Assembly (NCBI GenBank): GCA_033549025.1 | Contig: JAWSUS010000011.1 | Coordinates: 27,831-91,830, forward strand | Length of the DNA stretch: 64,000 nucleotides | Reading direction: 5' to 3' | Source: Desulfuromonadales bacterium | GTDB taxonomy: Bacteria; Desulfobacterota; Desulfuromonadia; Desulfuromonadales; SZUA-540 | Program-made: the position numbers and the translations under genes | Part shown: positions 21,280-30,119 of the stretch, in pieces | Layout of the letters: each line of letters starts with the position of its first letter | How positions within the stretch are numbered: position 1 is the stretch's first letter | Notes under the pieces: generated by a model | Told to the model about the DNA's origin: nothing | Databases searched by the model: none | Seen by the model: the letters and a program-made list of their open reading frames with translations, nothing else

Positions 21280-22767
21280 ATGAATATACGCGCCCAGGTG
21301 TCATCTGTTTTTCATCTCGACAAATGTATCGGCTGTCACACCTGCAGTATTGCCTGCAAGAACCTGTGGACCGACCGCAAAGGGTCGGAGTACATGTGGT
21401 GGAACAACGTGGAGACCAAACCGGGTACCGGTTATCCGACCCGCTGGGAGGATCAGGAGGTCTATCGCGGCGGCTGGGAGACCGTCGGTTCCCAGCTTCA
21501 GCTCAAAATGGGCGGCCGTGGCAAGACCCTGGGGAAACTCTTTCACAATCCCCATCTGCCCACCATGGATGACTATTATGAGCCCTTCACCTACAGGTAC
21601 GGTGACCTGACCTCGGCCCCGGCCGGCGAGGACCAGCCGACGGCCCGCCCGGTATCGATGGTGAGCGGCAAGCCGATGAATATCGAGGCCGGGCCCAACT
21701 GGGACGACGATCTGTCCGGTTCCCGCCTTTATGCCGCCAATGACCCGGGCGTTCTCAAGCTGAGTGACGAGGAGCAGGCGCAGATGTTCGCCATCGAAAA
21801 GATGGTGATGTTCTATCTGCCGCGGATCTGCAATCATTGCCTCAACGCCGGCTGCGTGGCGGGCTGCCCTTCGGGGGCCATCTACAAGCGCGGCGAGGAC
21901 GGCATCGTGGTGGTCAGCCAGGACAAGTGCCGGGGCTGGCGCATGTGCGTATCGGCCTGCCCCTACAAAAAGACCTACTACGGTTGGGAAAACGGCAAGG
22001 CCGAGAAGTGCATCCTCTGCTATCCGCGCCAGGAGGCCGGCGAAGCGCCGGGCTGTTTCCACTCCTGTGTCGGGCGCATCCGTTATCTCGGCGTGCTGCT
22101 CTACGACGCCGACCGCATTGAAGAAGTGGCAAAACGGGAGGACGGTGAACTGGCTGCCGCCCAGCGTGACATCATTCTCGATCCTTTCGATCCTGATATC
22201 CAGGCCAAGGCCCGCCAGGCTGGCATCGCTCAGCAGGTTCTCGACGCGGCCCAGCGTTCCCCCGTCTACCGCTTCGTCAAAGAGTGGGGCCTGGCGCTCC
22301 CCTTGCACCCTGAGTTCCGCACCCTGCCCATGCTGTTCTACGTGCCGCCCTTGCTTCCCCTTCTCTCCCGTGAGAATCAGGGGACGCAGAAGCTGGCCGC
22401 CGAATTCTTTACCACCCTGGAAGAGGCGCGTCTGCCTGTGCGCTACCTGGCCGACATGTTCTCCGGCGGCAACGAGGAGGAGGTCAGGGCGGTCTACCGC
22501 AAGCTCATCGCGGTGCGTTTGCAGAGACGGGCAGGAAGCGTTGGTGATATCTCGGGGGCAGAGGCGGCCAAAGCCCGGGAAGAGGCGGGACTCAGCGCCG
22601 AGGCCATTGCCGCTATCTTCCGCATGACTTCCCTGACCCGCATGGAAGAGCGCATCGTCATCCCCCCCATGCTGCGGGAACAGGCCATCGAAGCGGGGAT
22701 GGACCCGGAAACTCACCGGCAGGAAATGGGCTTCGGCAGCCACCGTTCCCCGGGGAGGCGCTGGTAA
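21280..22767 (+). CDS. narH: Respiratory nitrate reductase beta subunit
   Basis: LDKCIGCHTCS, YLPRICNHC, CRGWRMCVSACPY, PLHPEFRTLPM. Confidence 0.96.
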   Translation: MNIRAQVSSVFHLDKCIGCHTCSIACKNLWTDRKGSEYMWWNNVETKPGTGYPTRWEDQEVYRGGWETVGSQLQLKMGGRGKTLGKLFHNPHLPTMDDYYEPFTYRYGDLTSAPAGEDQPTARPVSMVSGKPMNIEAGPNWDDDLSGSRLYAANDPGVLKLSDEEQAQMFAIEKMVMFYLPRICNHCLNAGCVAGCPSGAIYKRGEDGIVVVSQDKCRGWRMCVSACPYKKTYYGWENGKAEKCILCYPRQEAGEAPGCFHSCVGRIRYLGVLLYDADRIEEVAKREDGELAAAQRDIILDPFDPDIQAKARQAGIAQQVLDAAQRSPVYRFVKEWGLALPLHPEFRTLPMLFYVPPLLPLLSRENQGTQKLAAEFFTTLEEARLPVRYLADMFSGGNEEEVRAVYRKLIAVRLQRRAGSVGDISGAEAAKAREEAGLSAEAIAAIFRMTSLTRMEERIVIPPMLREQAIEAGMDPETHRQEMGFGSHRSPGRRW

Positions 22768-23339
22768 TGACCCTGCCCTTGGCCGATCATCAGAAAACCT
22801 GCAGCTGTTTCGCGACCCTGCTGGGCTATCCACAGGAGGGTCTGACGGACGTCTTGACGACCTGCACAGCCTTGCTGGAAGGACAGGGAGTGGCCGCCAG
22901 GACCCTGGACCCTTTTTGCCGTGTTTTGGAAGAGGAGGGGGTGGGCCGACTGGAGGAGCTCTACACAGCCGCTTTCGACCTGCAGCCCCAATGCTACCCT
23001 TACGTTGGTTATCAGCTGTTCGGAGAAGGGAAGCAGCGACCCCTCTTCCTTATCAAACTGCAGGAATGTTACCGACAGCAGGGATACCTCGGCGGCGGCG
23101 AGCTGCCTGACCATGTCAGCGAAGTCTTGCGTTTTCTCGCCACAGCCGCGACGGAAAGAGTGCGAAACGAAGTGATCGAGGACGCCTTGTTGCCGGCCCT
23201 GAGGAACATGACGCCTCCGGAGCCAGATGCCCTCGGCCCCTATGGCCGTGTGTTGCAAGCCCTGCAGGAATTTTTGGCTGCTCAGATGACTATCAGCACA
23301 GCGGGGCATAGCCCCGGCCTGAAACAGGAGGTTAGATGA
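22767..23339 (+). CDS. narJ: Nitrate reductase molybdenum cofactor assembly chaperone
   Basis: LLGYP, LEELYTAAFD, GELPDH; between narH and narI. Confidence 0.9.
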   Translation: MTLPLADHQKTCSCFATLLGYPQEGLTDVLTTCTALLEGQGVAARTLDPFCRVLEEEGVGRLEELYTAAFDLQPQCYPYVGYQLFGEGKQRPLFLIKLQECYRQQGYLGGGELPDHVSEVLRFLATAATERVRNEVIEDALLPALRNMTPPEPDALGPYGRVLQALQEFLAAQMTISTAGHSPGLKQEVR

Positions 23340-24013
23340 TGATGGACCTCATTCTCTTCGGCATTTTCCCTTATGTAGCCGTGGCGCTGGCTGTGGCCGT
23401 CGGGCTGTATCGCTACTTTTTCGACCGCTATTCCTGGTCATCCCATTCCTCCCAGTTTCTGGAGAGCCGGGCGCTGTACTGGGGCTCGGTGCCCTGGCAT
23501 TACGCCATTCTGCTCATTCTGGCCGCCCATCTCTTTGCCTTCCTGCTGCCTGAAAGCTGGGGCGCCATGCTCGGTCGTCCTTTGCGTCTGTACCTGCTGG
23601 AGGTCAGTGGTTTGGCCCTGGGCCTGGCGACGGTGGTGGCTCTCCTTCTGCTGATCGTAAGGCGGAGTATGGACCCGCGTCTGTCCGGCGTGACGACGGC
23701 AATGGACTGGGCCGTCCTCTTTGTCCTCCTGTTGCAAGCCGGCACGGGGGTCTATATCGCTTTCACCCTGCGCTGGGGCTCGGTGTGGTATCTGCACACC
23801 GCCACACCCTGGCTGTGGTCGCTGGTAAAACTCGATCCCCAGGTTCAGTATTTGGCCGTATTGCCGGTCGTGGTCAAACTGCACGCCGTCAACGCCTTCC
23901 TGCTGGTAGCCCTGCTGCCCTTTTCACGGCTCGTTCATCTGCTCAGCGTTCCCTTGTCCTATTTGACGCGTTCCTATCAGCTGGTGATCTGGCAATTGCG
24001 CCGGACGCCCTGA
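23336..24013 (+). CDS. narI: Respiratory nitrate reductase gamma subunit (cytochrome b)
   Basis: SSQFLE, heme-ligand His residues, PFSRLVH, five TM helices. Confidence 0.95.
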   Translation: MMMDLILFGIFPYVAVALAVAVGLYRYFFDRYSWSSHSSQFLESRALYWGSVPWHYAILLILAAHLFAFLLPESWGAMLGRPLRLYLLEVSGLALGLATVVALLLLIVRRSMDPRLSGVTTAMDWAVLFVLLLQAGTGVYIAFTLRWGSVWYLHTATPWLWSLVKLDPQVQYLAVLPVVVKLHAVNAFLLVALLPFSRLVHLLSVPLSYLTRSYQLVIWQLRRTP

Positions 24014-24058
24014 TGCGAATTCGCTGAGGACTCTTCTGCATAAAGGAAAAAACGGACT

Positions 24059-25438
24059 ATGGCCTCCCGTATTCTAAAAGAATGGAACCCCGAAGATGAC
24101 GCCTTCTGGCGCGACCGGGGCAAGCGCATCGCCAACGCCAATCTGTGGATATCCATTCCAGCTCTCTTCCTTGCCTTCGCCGTCTGGATGGTGTGGAGTG
24201 TGGTCGTGGTGAATCTGCCGCGGGTGGGCTTCAGCTTCTCCACCAACCAGCTGTTCTGGCTGGCGGCCCTGCCTGGCTTGTCGGGGGCGACCCTGCGAAT
24301 CTTCTATTCCTTCATGGTTCCCATTTTCGGCGGACGCTTGTGGACCACTCTGAGTACCGCCTCGCTACTGTTGCCGGCCGTGGGCATCGGTTTGGCCGTG
24401 CAGAATCCGAATACGCCGTATGGCATCTTTCTGCTGCTGGCGCTGCTGTGCGGTTTTGGCGGCGGCAACTTCGCTTCAAGCATGGCCAACATCAGCTTTT
24501 TCTTCCCCAAGGCCCAGAAAGGTATGGCCCTGGGCCTCAATGCGGGTCTAGGCAATCTGGGGGTGAGCGCCATGCAGTTTTTGGTGCCTATCGTCATTAC
24601 CGCCGGCGTCTTCGGTGCCCTCGGTGGGCATCCGCAGATACTGGAGGGTGCCGAAGGGGCGCGGCCCGTCTGGCTGCAGAACGCGGGTTTCATCTGGGTC
24701 CCCTTTATTCTGGCCAACACCTTCGCCGCCTGGTTCGGCATGCACGATATTGCCGCCGCCAAGGCCTCCTTCAGTGAACAGGCGGTAATTTTTAAACGCA
24801 AGCATAACTGGCTGATGTGCTGGCTTTATCTTGGCACCTTTGGGTCTTTTATCGGCTATTCAGCCGGTATGCCGCTGCTCATCAAGGGACAGTTTCCGCA
24901 TATCGATCCGACGCGCTACGCCTTTCTCGGCCCCTTTGTCGGCGCCCTGGCCAGGCCTCTGGGGGGGTGGATTGCTGATAAGCTTGGCGGCGCTCGCGTC
25001 ACCTTCTGGAATTTCATCGTCATGGCCCTGGCTGTGCTGGGCGTCCTCTATTTCTTGCCGGAAAACGGCAGCGGTGGCCATTTCTGGGGATTTTTTGGCA
25101 TGTTCGTGCTGCTGTTTTTGACCACCGGGATCGGCAACGGGTCCACCTTCCGCATGATTCCGGTGATCTTCATGCGATTGCACGAGGAAGGCAAAAGCGA
25201 CGAGACGGCCTTGGAACAGGCCCGACGGGAGGCCGCCAAGGAGTCTGCGGCGGTTCTTGGCTTCAGTTCGGCGTTTGCGGCCTATGGCGCCTTTTTTATC
25301 CCCAAAGCTTTTGGCACTTCCATCAGCCTGACGGGCGGGGCCGAAGCGGCCCTTTACGGTTTCCTCGTCTTCTACCTGAGCTGCATCGCCGTGACCTGGT
25401 GGTACTATGCCCGCAAAGGGGCACAGATGCCTTGCTGA
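24059..25438 (+). CDS. narK: NarK nitrate/nitrite MFS transporter
   Basis: WNPEDDAFW, NLWISIP, GGGNFASSM, GNGSTFRMIP. Confidence 0.95.
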   Translation: MASRILKEWNPEDDAFWRDRGKRIANANLWISIPALFLAFAVWMVWSVVVVNLPRVGFSFSTNQLFWLAALPGLSGATLRIFYSFMVPIFGGRLWTTLSTASLLLPAVGIGLAVQNPNTPYGIFLLLALLCGFGGGNFASSMANISFFFPKAQKGMALGLNAGLGNLGVSAMQFLVPIVITAGVFGALGGHPQILEGAEGARPVWLQNAGFIWVPFILANTFAAWFGMHDIAAAKASFSEQAVIFKRKHNWLMCWLYLGTFGSFIGYSAGMPLLIKGQFPHIDPTRYAFLGPFVGALARPLGGWIADKLGGARVTFWNFIVMALAVLGVLYFLPENGSGGHFWGFFGMFVLLFLTTGIGNGSTFRMIPVIFMRLHEEGKSDETALEQARREAAKESAAVLGFSSAFAAYGAFFIPKAFGTSISLTGGAEAALYGFLVFYLSCIAVTWWYYARKGAQMPC

Positions 25439-25468
25439 GGGCTTTTTAGCGCGAAAAAGGAGAGTTGA

Positions 25469-25915
25469 ATGGATAACCAGGAAAAAACGGCCTTAATAAA
25501 CGAAATCATGCGAACGGCTCCCGATGCCATCCTCTATGCCGACGCCGAGGGCCTGATCCGCCTGTGGAACCAGGGGGCGGAGCGCCTTTTCGGCTTCTCG
25601 GAGGCGGAAGCTGTGGGCCAGTCCCTCGACCTGATCATTCCCGAAAAGCTGCGTCAACGGCACTGGGACGGCTATAACAAGGTCATGAAGACCGGCCAGT
25701 CCCGTTATCATACCGACCTGCTCTCGGCCCCGGCCACTACCAGGGAAGGGAAACAGCTGTCGACAGAATTTTCCATGGTTTTGCTCAAGGATGAACAGGG
25801 GCAGCCGAAGGGGGTGGCAGCCATCATGCGGGATGTCAGTGAACGCTGGCAGCGGGAAAAAGAGTTGAAGCAGAAGATTGCCACCTTGCAGGAAGCTGCT
25901 AGCCTTAAGGGGTAG
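25469..25915 (+). CDS. Stand-alone PAS domain protein with C-terminal coiled coil
   Basis: PDAI..D..G.I..WNQGAERLFG, RDVSER; AAGGAG RBS. Confidence 0.85.
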   Translation: MDNQEKTALINEIMRTAPDAILYADAEGLIRLWNQGAERLFGFSEAEAVGQSLDLIIPEKLRQRHWDGYNKVMKTGQSRYHTDLLSAPATTREGKQLSTEFSMVLLKDEQGQPKGVAAIMRDVSERWQREKELKQKIATLQEAASLKG

Positions 25916-25944
25916 AGTGGGTATCTTTTGTGAGGAGGTGCGCA

Positions 25945-26421
25945 ATGGTAAATCAGCAAAATGCCTGTTTAACCTTTGATGGGGCCTGCGACGCCGCCAT
26001 CGACATGGAGGGCCGCATATACCAGCATTTTCTGCAGGCGATTCGCCTGGTCAGGGATGAGGCGGCCGTAGCCATTCTCCGAGACGCGGCCATCGACCGC
26101 TTGCAGATTAAACACAAGCTGGAGGAGGCGGCGCTCAAGGGGAAAATCGACCAGCAGTCCGTTCAGGGCCGTGTACCGACCATGGAATTGCTGCTGAACT
26201 GTTGTGATCCCAGTCAGATCGACGCCAAGGCCGACAATCGCAAGGCGCTGGCCTTCGCCATCCAGTTGTCCAAGGACGCGCTTAAATTCTACCGCACCAT
26301 GGCGGACGAGTGCAGCGGAGCCCCCATGGCCGAGCTCTTCACGGCCCTGGGCGACGATCAGACCCGCATCCTGCAGCAGCTTGAGTACACCTATGAAGAG
26401 CACTTTCTGCCCGAGAATTGA
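25945..26421 (+). CDS. Ferritin-like/rubrerythrin-fold protein with degenerate ligands
   Basis: AIDME..Y and ALAFAIQL..ALKFY helix pattern, LEYTYEE end; GAGGAGG RBS. Confidence 0.65.
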   Translation: MVNQQNACLTFDGACDAAIDMEGRIYQHFLQAIRLVRDEAAVAILRDAAIDRLQIKHKLEEAALKGKIDQQSVQGRVPTMELLLNCCDPSQIDAKADNRKALAFAIQLSKDALKFYRTMADECSGAPMAELFTALGDDQTRILQQLEYTYEEHFLPEN

Positions 26422-26484
26422 GGCGGAATCCATCCCTCTGTTCTGACCCGCTAGGCGCTGCTCATCAGAGAGGAGATGCGTGTC

Positions 26485-26643
26485 ATGTCCGATGAAAACA
26501 GGAGAGCCCCGATAAGGTCAGGGCGGATGGCTTTTTACCTGTTCCTTGCCGCCATGGCCCTGGGCCTGGCCATTTACGCTCTGGCCAGAGACCCGGACCC
26601 CGGCTTCCCGATCAATATGATTCATCTGCTGTTCAGGGATTGA
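26485..26643 (+). CDS. Small single-TM protein, 52 aa (not in ORF track)
   Basis: AGGAG RBS; MSDENRRAPIRSGRMAFYLFLAAMALGLAIYALARDPDPGFPINMIHLLFRD; hairpin and T run follow. Confidence 0.55.
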   Translation: MSDENRRAPIRSGRMAFYLFLAAMALGLAIYALARDPDPGFPINMIHLLFRD

Positions 26644-26656
26644 ATTCCGGTTCCAA

Positions 26657-26707
26657 GCCCTCGTCAGTCGGGCGGTCTTCGACGGGGCGGTTTCCTTTTT
26701 TCGTTTT
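26657..26707 (+). terminator. Possible terminator ending the nar transcript
   Basis: GCCCTCGTC...GACGGGGC imperfect stem followed by T-rich tract. Confidence 0.45.
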
Positions 26708-26790
26708 ATGGGATAAAAAGGGGAGATATTCCGGCCTCACTGACTGGCCGGCACCTTTTTCCCCTTTTTATCGCCGGACCCGAGACGACC

Positions 26791-28146
26791 ATGGAACATC
26801 CCACCGCCACTGACCAGCAACGCCGGCGCCTGGTGCCGCTGCTGTGCTTTATCGTTTTTTTCTCCGTTCTGAACGGCACCATGTTCAATGTGGCGGTTCC
26901 CGACATCGCCGCTGAGTTCAATCTCTCCCCCGGCGAGGTCAGCTGGGTGATCACCATCTATATCGTCGCCTTCGCCCTGGCGGCCGTCACCTACGGTAAG
27001 CTGGCCGATCTTTTCCCCGTACGCAACCTCATTACCATCGGCCTCCTTTTTTTCAACGTCGGAGCCCTGTTGGGCTACGTCGCCGACTGGTATCCCCTGC
27101 TGATCGGCGCCCGCTTTATTCAGGCGGTTGGCGGCGGCTCCATCCCGGCCATGGGCATGCTGGTGGCGACGCGCTACTTTCCTCCGGACATGCGGGGGCG
27201 GGTGCTGGGGGCCGTTGCCTCCACCGTCGCCTTCGCCTCGGGCGTGGGCCCGCTGGTTGGCGGCCTGCTGGCCGGGAGTTTCGACTGGCGCACCCTTTTC
27301 CTCCTCTCGCTCATGACCCTGGTGGCCATCCCCCTGTTTCGGCGTTTTCTGCCGGCCGAAGCCGGGTCTCGCGGGGAGTTCGACCGCCTCGGCGCCGGCT
27401 ACCTGGCTACGGCCGTGGTGCTGCTGTTGCTCTTTGTCGCCCAGGGGGAAGCCTGGGCGTTGCCCTTGGGGGCGCTGGCTCTGCTGGTCTTTGTCCGCCA
27501 CATCCGCCGCCATCCGGCGCCCTTTGTTCCGGTCTCTCTTTTTGCCAATTCCCGTTACAGCCTGGGTTTGTTGACTGTCTTTCTGGCCGTGGGGACGGTC
27601 TTCGGCATGTTTTTTCTCATCCCCCTGCTTCTGCGGCAGATTCATCAGCTCGACACCCTCCAGATCGGCCTGTCCCTGTTCCCCGGCGCCATGGCGGCCG
27701 CCATCCTGGGCAACATCGGCGGTCGCCTGGCGGATCGGATCGGCAGCCCGGTGGTGGTGCGCAGCGGTCTGGTTCTGCTCAGTATCGGGTTTCTGTGGTT
27801 GGCCTCCATAGCCGGCCATTCGGCCTGGGCTGTCGCCCTCGTGCTGATGGTCTGTTATGTCGGTTTTTCGCTGATTCACGCGGCCTTGGCCAAGACCATA
27901 TCCCTGACCCTCCCGCACGCGCAGGCCGGCATCGGCATGGGCTTCTACAATCTCGTCTTCTTTACCGCCGGCGCTTTCGGTGCCGCCGTGGCCGCGCGGC
28001 TGCTGGAAATGGCTCCCGGCGTCGGTGCGCAAGCGTTGTCGGTGACTCCTTATCGGCTGGTCTTTCTGTTGTCGGCAGTCACCGATTTGCTGGCCCTGGC
28101 GCTTTTTTACTATCGCTTCAGGAGGAGTGAGGAGACAAGTCCTTGA
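26791..28146 (+). CDS. DHA2-type MFS efflux transporter, Tet(L)/Tet(K)-like
   Basis: FFSVLNGTMFNVAVPDIA, YGKLAD, GVGPLVGG; about 14 TM segments. Confidence 0.85.
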   Translation: MEHPTATDQQRRRLVPLLCFIVFFSVLNGTMFNVAVPDIAAEFNLSPGEVSWVITIYIVAFALAAVTYGKLADLFPVRNLITIGLLFFNVGALLGYVADWYPLLIGARFIQAVGGGSIPAMGMLVATRYFPPDMRGRVLGAVASTVAFASGVGPLVGGLLAGSFDWRTLFLLSLMTLVAIPLFRRFLPAEAGSRGEFDRLGAGYLATAVVLLLLFVAQGEAWALPLGALALLVFVRHIRRHPAPFVPVSLFANSRYSLGLLTVFLAVGTVFGMFFLIPLLLRQIHQLDTLQIGLSLFPGAMAAAILGNIGGRLADRIGSPVVVRSGLVLLSIGFLWLASIAGHSAWAVALVLMVCYVGFSLIHAALAKTISLTLPHAQAGIGMGFYNLVFFTAGAFGAAVAARLLEMAPGVGAQALSVTPYRLVFLLSAVTDLLALALFYYRFRRSEETSP

Positions 28147-28156
28147 GGAGGGGAGG

Positions 28157-28507
28157 ATGTCCATTTGCCTGAAAAGAGCCTATGAGCCGCCCCAGCCGCA
28201 GGATGGCTATCGCGTCCTGGTCGATGGCCTGTGGCCGCGGGGCCTGTCCAAGGATGCGCTGCAGGTACAGGAATGGTTGAAGGAGATCGCGCCCAGCCGT
28301 GAGCTGCGGCGGTGGTTCGGGCATGATCCGGACCGGTGGGAAGAATTCAGGCGCCGCTACTTCGAGGAACTGGAGGCGAAGGGGAAGGCGCTGACAGAAC
28401 TGCGGGAGCGGGCCAAGCAGGGGACTTTGACTCTGGTCTACGCCGCCCGCGACGAGGAGCACAACAACGCCGTGGCGCTGCGGGACTATCTGCTCCGTCG
28501 GAAGTGA
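28157..28507 (+). CDS. DUF488 (YeaO-like) protein
   Basis: KRAYEP, DGYRVLVDGLWPRG, APSRELRRWFGHD, HNNAVAL. Confidence 0.9.
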   Translation: MSICLKRAYEPPQPQDGYRVLVDGLWPRGLSKDALQVQEWLKEIAPSRELRRWFGHDPDRWEEFRRRYFEELEAKGKALTELRERAKQGTLTLVYAARDEEHNNAVALRDYLLRRK

Positions 28508-28508
28508 G

Positions 28509-28540
28509 GGGCAGGCCCGCCAAAAGACGAGCCTGCCCTC
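28509..28540. terminator. Hairpin between convergent genes
   Basis: GGGCAGGC...GCCTGCCC inverted repeat. Confidence 0.45.
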
Positions 28541-28552
28541 AAGGGGGATGGC

Positions 28553-29176
28553 CTAGTGCTGATGAGCGCTCGGCGCCGCGGGCTGGCCGTGATGGGGTGC
28601 CTCATGCACGGCTTTGGCGATGCCCTCGACATAATGCACGTAGGTGACATAGGCCTCGACGAACTCGCGTCCAGCCGCCACGCTGCTGTCGGCCTGCTGC
28701 CGAGCCTCATGTGCGAGCTGGAAATAGTCGCGTACGCCTTCTTCCGCGTGGGCGGCAATGGCTTTGGCCAGGTCGTCGACGGAGCCCTGCTGCAAGGCAC
28801 GATCAGAGCGGGCTATGACCGGAGCGATGGCGCCGGCGGGCTTGAGGCCGGTATAAGGCGCCCCTTCACCGGCCCGGTGAATGCGCACCAGGGTTTCAAA
28901 GAAGTAACGATCGGCCAGCTGCTTGGCCGCCGGGGAGAGCTGACGCACGGCGAGGGTCTGCGCGAAGGCGGCGCGGATCGCCTGTTCATCGGCGGCTCTC
29001 ACCCACTTGAGGACGGGGGTGACATCCTCGTTTTCCAGGGCGGCCCTGGCCTCGACCACCACCGGCCCGTCGAGGGCATCACAGTGGGCGGCGGCCAGCC
29101 CCGGCAGCAGCAAGCCCACCCCCAGCAGGAAAAAGGTTGCCCGTCTCAACAGCGCCTGTCGTCCCATTTCTTTCAT
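28553..29176 (-). CDS. Exported DUF6448-like protein
   Basis: Signal peptide then HCDALDGPVV, FFETLVRIHRAGEGAPYTGLKP, YVHYVE. Confidence 0.8.
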   Translation of the reverse strand: MKEMGRQALLRRATFFLLGVGLLLPGLAAAHCDALDGPVVVEARAALENEDVTPVLKWVRAADEQAIRAAFAQTLAVRQLSPAAKQLADRYFFETLVRIHRAGEGAPYTGLKPAGAIAPVIARSDRALQQGSVDDLAKAIAAHAEEGVRDYFQLAHEARQQADSSVAAGREFVEAYVTYVHYVEGIAKAVHEAPHHGQPAAPSAHQH

Positions 29177-29210
29177 CGCAAACTCCTTTCAATCTTGAAT
29201 CCCGACAGCC

Positions 29211-29954
29211 TCATGCCGCCGGCAACAGTTTGGCCGCTTTGGGGAAGAGGATATTGTTCTCCAGATGCACGTGCTTGTGGAGGTCGTCCTCAAATTCCTT
29301 GAGCAGGCGATAGGTGACTGCGAAGGTGTTGCAGACATCGGCGGGGATCGTGTAGTCGCCAGCCAGACGCCGGATTTCGTGGGTCGCTTCGCCAATGGCC
29401 TCGTGGTCGCGGTGGAGGGTCTCCAGCGTCCGTCGTAGGAGACTGGCATCCTCTATGGTCGGTGCGGTGCCGGCCCGGTGGGCGGCTTCGATGCGTTTGA
29501 TGGCGGGAAAGAAGACCTCTTCCTCTTCGCGCAGGTGCTCCACCATGTCGGCGGCGATGCCGTCGAAAAGGGTGGCGATGCGAACCACCTCGGGGTGGTG
29601 TTCGCCGTGGACCTCGGCGATCTTGTGGGCGTAGGCGGCGATCTGACCCAGATTGTCGTTGAGCCAGGCATGGTGGGTGTTGACGATATAATCGGCCAGA
29701 AAGGCCAGATCCCAGGCGGCGTAGTTTTCGTGCCCGCTAGTCGCCGTTTCTTTGGCTGCCTTGAGTTCACGAAGGAGGTCGTCGGGGTCGAGACCCTTGT
29801 CGCGGGCGGCGTTGCCCAGGGTCACCTGGCCGCCGCAGCAGAAGTCGATGCCGTGTTTCTCGAAGACGGCAGCGTTCCGGTAATCCTCAGCGACCAGGTC
29901 GCCAATGGTCTGTTCCAAACGGTTTTGATTCGGTGTTGTAGTCTTGGTTGTCAT
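29211..29954 (-). CDS. ric: Iron-sulfur cluster repair di-iron protein (Ric/YtfE/ScdA)
   Basis: GIDFCCGG, HHAWL, HLREEE, HVHLENNILFP. Confidence 0.95.
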   Translation of the reverse strand: MTTKTTTPNQNRLEQTIGDLVAEDYRNAAVFEKHGIDFCCGGQVTLGNAARDKGLDPDDLLRELKAAKETATSGHENYAAWDLAFLADYIVNTHHAWLNDNLGQIAAYAHKIAEVHGEHHPEVVRIATLFDGIAADMVEHLREEEEVFFPAIKRIEAAHRAGTAPTIEDASLLRRTLETLHRDHEAIGEATHEIRRLAGDYTIPADVCNTFAVTYRLLKEFEDDLHKHVHLENNILFPKAAKLLPAA

Positions 29955-30031
29955 AGGTCACCTCTGCTTTCTGAAAAACGCCAGAATGCGTGTTTGTGAA
30001 GAAAAGGCGCTGTAGAAAAAAATTTAACACA

Positions 30032-30062
30032 AAGACCCGGGTCAGAAATTGACCCGGGTCAA
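30032..30062. promoter_or_regulatory. Tandem Crp/Fnr-family (HcpR-like) operators upstream of ric
   Basis: Perfect palindrome TTGACCCGGGTCAA (30049-62) plus degenerate AAGACCCGGGTCAG (30032-45). Confidence 0.75.
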
Positions 30063-30119
30063 AGAGAAACCTTTTCTTTACTAATATACCAGGAAATTGT
30101 CGAAAGGTCGGAAATTCGG

